Source: Balamuthia mandrillaris | Taxonomy: Eukaryota | Assembly (NCBI GenBank): GCA_031835245.2 | Contig: JAVKOQ020000001.1 | Span: 620,001-684,000 of the forward strand | Direction: 5' to 3' | Length of the DNA: 64,000 nucleotides | Shown here: one piece after another, positions 55,283 through 64,000 of the stretch | Layout: the number at the start of each line of letters is the position of its first letter | Position numbering within the stretch: the first letter of the stretch is position 1 | The notes under the pieces: model-generated | The model's input: the letters and a program-made list of their open reading frames with translations, nothing else | Databases searched by the model: none | Told to the model about the DNA's origin: nothing | Position numbers and translations under genes: made by a program

Positions 55283-58200
55283 ATGTTGTTCGCAGCCATT
55301 CTAACTGTGTTGGCGGTGGTGGTGGGCGGCGTTGCTTTTTTCTTTGTGATGGGAAGAAAGAAGGCTTTGCCTACTCCCACCACTCCCTCTGAGCCTGCTT
55401 CTTCCTCTGGTTCACAAGTCGGAGCAAAGCAAGGCGGCAAGAAAGGAAGAAGGAATAACAAGAAGAATAACAACAACGATAACAAGAACGAGGCGGAAAC
55501 GAGGCAAAAGCAGCAACAACAAAAAGAAGAGGAGGAGAAGAAGAAGCAACAACAAGAACAAGAAAGAAAACAAAAGGAGGAGCAGAAGAAGAAACAACAG
55601 CAACAAGAACAGGAGAGGAAGAAGAAGTTGGAGGAAGAGAAGAAGAAGAAACAGCAGGAAGAACAGGAAAAGAGGAAGAAGGAGCAAGAAGAAAAGAAAA
55701 AGCAACAGCAAGAACAGGAGAAGAAGAGGAGGGAGGAACAGGAGCAGAAGAAGAAGGAGGAGGAGCTGAAGAGAAAGCAAGAAGCGGAGAAGAGAAAGAA
55801 GGAGGAAGAAGAGAAGAAGAGGAAGCAAAAGGAGGAGGAAGAGAAGAGAAGAAAAGAGCAAGAAGAACAAAAGAAGAAAGCTGAGGAGGAGAGGAAGAAG
55901 TTGGAGCTGGAAGAGAAGAAGAGAAAAGAGGAGGAAGCGAAGAGGAAACAGAAGGAAGAGGAAGAACGGAAGAGAAAGGAAGCAGAACAAGCTGCCGTTG
56001 CAGAAGCCAAACGCAAGGCTGCCGAAGAAGAAGCGAGAAAGAAAGCCGAAGCGGCTTCCAAAAAGAAGGCTGAAGAAGAAGCAAAGAGGAAAGCTCAAGA
56101 GGAAGAAACCAAAAGAAAAAAGGCTGAAGAGGCAGCAAGGCTGAAGGCTGAAGCCGAAGCTGAAGAAGCCCGGAAAAAGGCGGAAGCAGAGGCAGCAAGG
56201 AGAAAGGCAGAAGAGGAAGAGGCCAAGCGCAAGGCTGAAGAAGAAGCCAGAAGAAAGGCGGAGGAAGAAGCTAGACGGAAAGCAGAAGAAGAAGCCCGAA
56301 GAAAGGCCGAAGAAGAGGAGGCCAGAAGAAAGGCTGAGGAAGAGGAAGCCAAGAGGAAGGCGGAGGAAGTAGAGGCCAGACGAAAGGCGGAGGAAGAAGC
56401 CCGAAGAAAGGCTGAAGAAGAGGAGGCCAGACGAAAGGCTGAGGAAGAGGAAGCAAGAAGAAAAGCAGAAGAGGAAGAGGCCAGCAGAAAGGCTGCGGAA
56501 GAGGAAGCCAGGAGGAAGGCTGAGGAAGAAGAGGCCAGACGAAAGGCTGAGGAGGAGGAAGAAGCAAGAAGAAAAGCAGAAGAGGAAGAGACCAAAAGAA
56601 AGGCTGCGGAAGAGGAAGCCAGACGGAAGACTGAGGAAGAAGAGGCCAGACGCAAGGCTGAGGAAGAGGCCAGGAGGAAGGCCGAAGAAGAGGCCAGAAG
56701 GAAAGCTGAAGAAGAGGAGGAGACTAGGCGGAAGGCCGCAGAGGAAGAAGCCCGAAGAAAGGCCGAAGAAGAGGAGGCCAGACGAAAAGCAGAAGAGGAA
56801 GAGGCCAGAAGAAAGGCCGAGGAGGAAGAAGCTAGAAGGAAGGCTGAAGAAGAGGAGGCCAGAAGAAAGGCGGAGGAAGAAGAGGCCAGAAGAAAAGCTG
56901 AAGAAGCGGAGGCCAGAAGAAAGGCTGAAGAAGAGGCAGAACAAGCTTATTTATTGTTGTTGGATTCTCTTAAAGAAGGAGCTGCTGCAATTACATTGTA
57001 CTGGACGGTCTTATCCGCTGCTGGAACGGCCTACGAGAAAATCGCTCAGGAAGAAGAGGAAGCTAGAAGAAAGGCCGAAGAAGAGCAAGAAGCAAGGAGA
57101 AAGGCGGAGGAGGAAGAGACAAGGCAGAGAGCTGAGAAAGCGGAAGCCCGAAGAATGGCTGAAGCAGAGGAAGAAGCAAGGCGAAAGGCTGAAGAGGAGG
57201 AAGCCAGCAAGAAGGCCGAAGAGGCAGCAGAAACAAAACGAAAACGTGAAGAACAGGAGGCTAGAGCTAAGGCTGAAGAAGAAAAGCAACGAGAAAAAGC
57301 TGTTGAAGAACTTAAGGAAGCAGCCACCAAACTCATCCTGTATTACCACATCATTTCCTCCTCTGTAATTGTTCACCAACAACAAGAGGATACTGGCAGC
57401 AGTGCTGCTACTGCAACGGGTGATGCCACAGAGATACCAACAACAACAAAAGCTTCAGAGGCTGGCGTCAAGGAAGAAAAAGAAAAGGAGAAAGAGGAAG
57501 AGGCATCCGAACAAACTTCTTTATTGTTGTTGGATTCCCTTAAAGAAGGAGCTGCTGCAATTACATTGTACTGGACGGTCTTATCCGCTGCTGGAACGGC
57601 CTATGAGAAAATCGCCAAGGAAGCAGAGGAAGCTAGAAAGAAAGATGAAGCAAGGAAGAAAGCCGAAGAAGAGGAAGCCCAACGAAGGGCTGCAGAGGAA
57701 GAGGCCCGAAAGAAGGCTGAAGCGGAAGAAGCCAGAAGAAAGGCCGAAGAAGAAAAGAGGAGAGCAGAGGAAGAGGAAGCCAGAAAAAAGGCTGAGGAAG
57801 AGGAAGCCCAAAGAAAGGCTGAGGAAGAAGAGGCCAGAAGAAAGGCTGAAGAGGAAGAGGCCCGACGAAAGGCCGAGGAAGAGGAAGAGGCCAGAAGAAA
57901 GGCTGAAGAGGAAGAGGCCCGACGAAAGGCTGAGGAAGAGGAAGCCCAAAGAAAGGCTGAGGAAGAGGAGGCTAGAAGAAAGGCTGAGGAAGGAAGCCCA
58001 AAGAAAGGCTGAGGAAGAAGCCAGAAGAAAGGCTGAGGAAGAGGAAGCCCAAAGAAAGGCTGAGGAAGAGGAGGCTAGAAGAAAGGCTGAGGAAGAAGCC
58101 AGAAGAAAGGCTGAAGAGGAAGAGGCCAGACGAAAAGCCGAGGAGGAAGCCCAAAGAAAGGCTGAAGAGGAAGAGGAGACCAGAAGAAGGGCTGAGGAAG

Positions 58201-59910
58201 ACGAGACTCGTAGAAAAGCTGAAGAGGAGGCAAGGAAGAAGGCTGAAGAGGAAGAGGCCCGAAGAAAAGCAGAGGAAGAGGAGGCTCAAAGAAAAGCAGA
58301 GGAAGCAAGGAGAATAGCTGAAGAGGAAGAGGCTCGTCGGAGAGCGGAAGAGCAAGTCCGAATAAAAGCTGAAGAGGAGGAAGCAAGGAAGAAGGCTGAA
58401 GAGGAAGAGGCCCGAAGAAAGGCTGAGGAAGAAGAGGCTCGTAGGAAAGCAGAAGAAGAGGAAGCCAGAAGAAGAGCAGAAGAGGAAGAAGCCAGAAAGA
58501 GGGCTGAAGAAGAAGCAAGAAGAAAAGCAGATGAGGAGGAAGCCAGAAGGAAGGCTGCGGAAGAGGAAGAGGCCAGAAGCAAGGCTGAGGAAGAAGAGGC
58601 CAGAAAGAAGGCCGAGGAAGAGGCTCGTAGGAAAGCAGAAGAAGAGGAAGCCAGAAGGAAGGCTGAGGAAGAAGAGGCCAGAAAGAAGGCCGAAGAAGAA
58701 GAAGCACGACGAAAGGCTGTCGAGGAAGAGGAAGCAAGGCGGAAGGTCGAAGAGGAAGAAGCAAGACGTAAGGCTGAAGAAGAGAAAGCAGCTGCAATCC
58801 AGGCTGCAGAGGAAGAGACCAGAAGAAAAGCTGCAGAGGAGGAAGAGGAAGCCAGAAGGAAGGCTGAGGAAGAAGAAGCCAGACGAAAAGCCGAAGAAGA
58901 AGCGGCCATCAAGGCTGCAGAAGCAGAAGCTAGACGAAAAGCTACCGAGGAGGAAGACGCTAAACAGAAAGAGGATTCAGAGAATAGAGCGCAGGCGACC
59001 GCTAGCGTGTCATCTTCTTTGTCAGACAGCTTGCAGCAGCTAGAGCTAAGGAGGAAAGCAAGGGAGGAAAGAAGGAGGGCTCGACTGACACGTGGCGGTA
59101 GTAGTGTTGGCGCCAGTACCTCAGAAGAAAACATTGCTCCCGCAGAAGAGAAAGCAAAGGAGCGACAACCAGAACTTAGCCTTGTTTGTGGTGTTGCAGG
59201 CCTGCAGGGTACAAGGCCTACTATGGAGGATCAACACACCACGTTAGTTTGTAAGTTCCCTCCCTCCCTCCCCTCCCTCCTCTCCCTCCCTCCCTCCTCC
59301 TCCCTCCCTCCCTCCCTCCCTCCTCCCTCCCTCCTCCTCCCTCTCCCTCCCTCCCTCCTCCCTCCTCCCTCCCTCCCTCCCTCCCTCCCTCCCTCCCTCC
59401 CTCCCTCCCCTCCCTCCCTCCTCCCTCCCTCCCTCCCCTCCCTCCTCCCTCCCTCCCTCCCTCCCCTCCCTCCCTCCCCTCCCTCCCTCCCTCCCTCCCT
59501 CCCTCCCTCCCTCCCTCCTCCTCCTCCCTCCTCCCTCCCTCCCTCCCTCCCCTCCCTCCCTCCCTCCCTCCCTCCCTCCCTCCTCCCTCCCTCCCTCCCT
59601 CCTCCCTCCCTCCCTCCCTCCCTCCCTCCCTCCTCCCTCCCTCTCTCCTCCCTCCTCCTCCTCCCTCCTCCTGAGTTAAATGTTTTTTGTTATGAATATT
59701 AAGCACTCCCAAAGCATGCTGATGTGGCATTTTATGGAGTATTTGATGGACACTCTGGAGGAGAGGCTTCCCTTTACGTAAAAGAGCATCTTCACCAGGA
59801 GCTCGACTCTGTGTTGCCACCCAACATGGAACAAGCCACCAACGAGGAAATCGAAAGCGCAATAGTCAACGCTTTCAACACTGTTGATGAAAACTTTATG
59901 GATCAAGGTT

Positions 59911-59949
<39 letters not shown>

Positions 59950-60729
59950 ATTTGCTTAACAAAAAAAAAAACACACACACACACAACCGAAGCTGAGACT
60001 CTGATGTGGGACAGTGGCACAACGGTGGTGAGCGTTCTCATCGATAAGACCAAAAAACGGGCTATATGTGCCAACCTCGGTGACTCGCGTTGTATTCTCA
60101 GAAGATCGTCTTGCTCCGAGCCCATCCCCTTGTCCTTTGATCATAAACCAACCAATCCAGAGGAATTGCAACGCATCGGTACTCCACCGCGTCTTTAAGA
60201 AGATTCTGGTAGTATTTTGAGCTTATCTTTAACCCTTTGTGTTTTTAGAGGCTGCCGGTAGCGCTGTTCTAAACGGAAGGGTTGGAGGCACGCACGCCGT
60301 TAGCCGAGCTATTGGCGATGCTGAGCACAAAAAGTGTCTCAGCTTGGATCTAAAGGACCAACCCATCTCCAATTTGCCCGAAGTGAAGTTCTTGGATTTG
60401 ATCCCGGTTCGCTCCATTTCTTTCTCTCTTTATCTCTTAATGTCTTACTGTCTTTCTCTCTGTGCCGCTTCCCTTAACTTATGTTGTCTTTAACGTAGGG
60501 AGATGACCAATTCTTAGTATTGGCTTGTGATGGCCTATGGGACGTTTTGTCAAATGCCCAATGCGCAGAGTGGCTGGACCAGCAGCTGGCCCAAAGGAAG
60601 TCGCAGAAAGGAGGTGAAGCTCTTGACAGTCAAGACTTGGATGACGTAGCAATGAAGCTCGCTGAGCACGCCCTTTCACTTGGTAGCATGGACAACGTGT
60701 CTGTGTGTCTTATAAGTTTATCATGTTGA
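55283..60729 (+). CDS. Membrane-anchored PP2C/PPM phosphatase with very long charged helical repeat; apparent frameshift near 57992
   Basis: N-terminal TM segment; KAEEEEARR repeats; PP2C motifs RPTMED, GVFDGHSG, DSGTT, ANLGDSR, LSFDHKP, SRAIGD, LACDGLWD and GSMDNVS. Confidence 0.88.
56000..58945 (+). repeat. Coding tandem repeat (R-R/K-K-A-E3-5-A), 24-30 nt units
   Basis: Dozens of degenerate AAGGCTGAGGAAGAGGAAGCCAGAAGA-type units, interrupted by three hydrophobic modules. Confidence 0.95.
59257..59672. repeat. (CCCT)n polypyrimidine microsatellite inside a PP2C intron
   Basis: About 415 nt of C/T only, within intron 59251-59703 (GTAAGT...TAAG). Confidence 0.95.
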
Positions 60730-60913
60730 TGAGAGATGAACACATTTTCCTTTGGTTCTCTCATTTTTTTTATCCAATAGTGCTCCTAAGGCGGCGCCAA
60801 GATCAAGCCGATCCAATAGTGCTCCTGTACTTTTGGTGGTTTTAAAGTGAAAAGTTTTTACAAAAAAAAAGTTGAATTTTTTTGTTTTTAACTTTTTTTT
60901 TGTTTGGTTGTGG

Positions 60914-63900
60914 TTAGCTTTGTCGCAGGAATTCGTGGAGGTAAGCACTTTCAAAGACAGTGCGTGATGCATGATAGTAGGTGGAGCGTTGAGCCACAAC
61001 GCTCTTTGGCTGTATCGTGAACATGAAGCAGCTTATTCCACTGACAAAGGAAAAGAGGAGGCCCATGAGGGTGCAGAAGGGCACGCTCGCCACCAGCAAG
61101 AACTGACCGAGCGTACCGTGGAAATAGAGAAACAACGACATGGCAATTTGGAAGAGGAAACACGTAACCAAGACTGCCTTTAACACCACCCTTTAAAAAA
61201 AAGTCAAACATCAGTTAATGTTTATGTCACGTTGAAAGGGAAAGAATAAGTTACCAGTTCATGCTGCCATCACTTTCAAAGGTTCGAGGACGGACGTAGA
61301 CGAGACTGTACAAGTCCACAAAGTGCTTTATACCAAAGTACATGAGGCCGAATGGGACGATGAGCGGGGTTGTTATGCTGTACACAAAGCTCGTCGCGAA
61401 GAGGGTGATCATGAATGCATATTGCATGCCGTACTCGTGAGGATAAGCAAAGGTTACGGCTTTAGCCTTTTCCATCTCCGTGACTGCATTCCACTTCTGC
61501 CATAACGCCCATAACCTCTCTATTGGAGATAAGATAAGGTGTAAAAAACACGAGATGAGAAGAAATAGAAAAAAGGAAAAAGAATGGCGAAGGAGAAAGA
61601 AGACGAGTACCTGGAAGCCGCAATACTTCGACTAAACTTCCCAAAATGGCGAATTGGGTGATGGAGTTAATGTAAAAGGCACCAGAGGTGGGAAGGAAGA
61701 GGCTGTCCAAGATAGAAAACAGGTTGCTGCGGTTATTCCAACTGGCGATGGCCAATGCATTGATGGAAGTCAACCAAAGACCCGGTAAAATGAGAACGTT
61801 GAACAAAAGGAAGACATAAGTTTTCACAGCGAGCGACTTGTGAGTTGCTGAGTTGGTGTGATGTCCTTCAAGATTGGAGGATGCTATTTGTGGGTTGCGG
61901 TAGGTTAACAAGTGAAGCGGGCCTTTGAAGAAGAAAACGAACGTACCCCAAATAATGAGAGGAAGAATACTGGTCACAAGGAGGAGCATAAGAGTAGGTA
62001 AATAGGCAAAAACAAAAGCTCCATCGCTGCCAAGAATGTCATGAAAGGCTGATTGGGCAGACTTGACCAATGCACCATCATTCATACCCTTTGTTCATTA
62101 AAGTTTGGTGAGAAGAGAGATGAAAGATTAAAGGACAGTAGTTTAATGAACAAAGGGTATGAAGAAGTTTATGATGAACAACAAGAAGATGAAGACGAAC
62201 GAACCTTGAACATAGATGTAATTGATACAGGTGTTGTGAAAAAGGTGAGAAACAGCATAAGAACAAAATTGACAAAAGCAAGACGAAAACGTTGCTCCCA
62301 TTTGCCTATACCCAAGTTCTTAAGGCAGTGAAAGAAAATAAGCTTTCAAAAGAAAAAATAAACAACAAATAACATACCGTCCAAACGATGTCTTCCGGCT
62401 CAGGAGCCATTTTTACAACCCACTTGTGGTCCCGAAGCAATTTGGATTGAGAAGTAAAGCCGTGTTTCCACCTCAACAAGCCCCAGAATTTGTTGTTGTT
62501 TTGATACTCGTTCACTATAGCCTTTTGTTGTGTGTATGTGTGTGTTTTTTTGAATAAGCCATCAAACAAGGAGACAAGAGGAAAGAGAAGCGGAAGAGAC
62601 AAAAGAAAGGCAAACCTTGGCAAATAAACTCTCAGAGAAGGTGACAAAAACATTGCCTGTTGTTCGCCTCTCTCGAACTTCCTGCCTCAACTTGATGACT
62701 CGTTGTCTGCTCACCCGCTTCTTTTCTCGAAAGTAGGAGATGGCATCGACAGAAGGTTCGCACCTAAACAGCCGAACCAGCTTCCAGAAGACGTTTTGGT
62801 CAGGAAGAAGAAGGAGTCGAGGTCTCTCGCCTTTGATTGCCAACTCGTTCTCATAGTGAAGAAGCTTAAAGGCAGCATCACGATAAGTCTCGACCGCATC
62901 AATCAGATTGCTCAGCTCTGGGACAATATGAACAGCAACAACTGGGCTGTTTTCATCGTTTGTTTCATCTTCAAAGTCTTCCAGCAGTTGCTTTTCCGTA
63001 AGTTGTTGACGAAGTTTTTGTGCTTCCAATTTCTGAAGTGTTTGTCTTTGTTGCTTTCGTCTCATCAAAGAGCGTTTGAGGTCCCGTGCTTTTTCGTTTC
63101 CTGTTTTATAGGGAGACGCATCTTCGCTTGCTCTTCCGTTCTCCATCTTGTCGATTGCCAGCTCTTCATATTCTTCCTTCAACAATGTAGTCTCATGTTG
63201 TTGCTTTAATTGTGACTTTTCGGGTGCATCCTCAACGTCAATGAGAACACCTATTTTTGGAGCCTCTTTGTTCTCATCGTGAGATACGCTAGCTCCATTT
63301 AGGCCGATCAGGTCAACATCATTTTCTAGCTCATTTTCATTGAGATGTTCCTCAATGTTGTTAGTTTCCTCTTCTGCTCGTTCCTCCTCTTCTTCCATTG
63401 CAATCATTTCCATCAAGTCATCACCACCTAGTTCAAGAATGAAAGAAGCTTCTTCTTCCTCTAGTTTTTGCTGTTGATTTGCATTATCTTCTTGTTCTTC
63501 TTCTTTGTCTTCGTCTTCGTCTTCTTCTTCTTTCGCTATTTGTTCTGCTTCCTCTATTTCTTCATCTTCTTTGTCATATACTGAGTTGCTTCTGCTTCTG
63601 TTTCTGCCTCTTCTGCTGCCTTTTCGAGAAGTCCGATTCGGGCTTACTTCCTTGCTCTTGCGCTTGAGTTGTTCCTCTTCCAAGATCTTCAATAGCAGTT
63701 TTTCCTTTGCTGCTCTTTCTTCGTCTGGCATACCAAAACCTGTAAACTCCAAACCTGAGCTTGTTTCTGTCTTTTCCACCTCTTTTCCTTTTTCGCTTTT
63801 CTTTTCCTTCCTCTCCTTTTCCTGCAATGGGTACTTTTCTTCTTGTTCTTTTTCTTCCCAAACCTCGGTTCCATTCATCACTCCCGGTCTTATTTCTCCT

Positions 63901-64000
63901 TCGTCAACGGAAAGATAGCCAACGCCAGCACCTATATCCACTTTCTCCTTCCCTTTCTCTTGCTTTTTGCTTCGCAAACTTCCACTCCTTGATCTAGTGC
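60914..64000 (-). CDS. OSCA/TMEM63/CSC1-family channel (5' part outside the window)
   Basis: VDAISYF, TTGNVFVTF, WVVKMAPEPEDIVW, FLPTSGAFYINSI, YGMQYAF and PLIVPFGLMYFGIKHFVDLY; multiple TM exons; stop at 60914. Confidence 0.9.

Noticed and set aside
54745..59134. Long F/L/S-rich minus-strand ORFs (also at 29128-29628 and 31837-32721)
   Set aside because: They are antisense shadows of K/E/A-rich coding repeats, which lack stop codons on the opposite strand.
60772..60826. Repeat-spacer-repeat resembling a mini CRISPR array
   Set aside because: Only two 16-bp repeats, a eukaryotic context and no cas genes.

Overview
Gene-dense, intron-rich eukaryotic nuclear DNA. Short GT-AG introns often hold (CT)n tracts, and many proteins carry K/E- or S-rich low-complexity segments. 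The style suggests an amoebozoan protist, but that is an inference. About 27 protein-coding genes can be reconstructed by joining ORF fragments across introns: a partial unknown gene, a MORN-repeat protein, a CDC123/R2K ATP-grasp protein, a coiled-coil+GRAM protein, a LIM protein, a RapGAP, a PH-LRR-PH protein, an enolase-phosphatase E1 fused to a NUDT15-type Nudix hydrolase, an AKR7-type aldo-keto reductase, a type I membrane protein, UMP synthase, a long-chain acyl-CoA synthetase, a WD40+BC-box protein, a UBA+transglutaminase-like protein, a BC-box LRR protein, mitochondrial uL30, a HugZ/DUF2470-like protein, an arrestin-C-like protein, a FAF2-type UBX protein, DHODH, a KCTD-type BTB protein, an ERF4/Golgin-A7-like protein, DDB2, a myristoylated EF-hand protein, a membrane-anchored PP2C behind a roughly 1,150-residue charged helical repeat, and a truncated OSCA/TMEM63 channel. 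I found no rRNA, tRNA, CRISPR array or recognisable transposon. The strongest leads are the UBA+transglutaminase-fold enzyme within a 20-kb run of ubiquitin-system genes, the ENOPH1-NUDT15 fusion with a densely base-paired ~300-nt element just upstream, the repeat-stalk PP2C, an intronless R2K ATP-grasp gene followed by palindromes, and recurrent promoter motifs. Exon boundaries were read by eye and no database searches were run.
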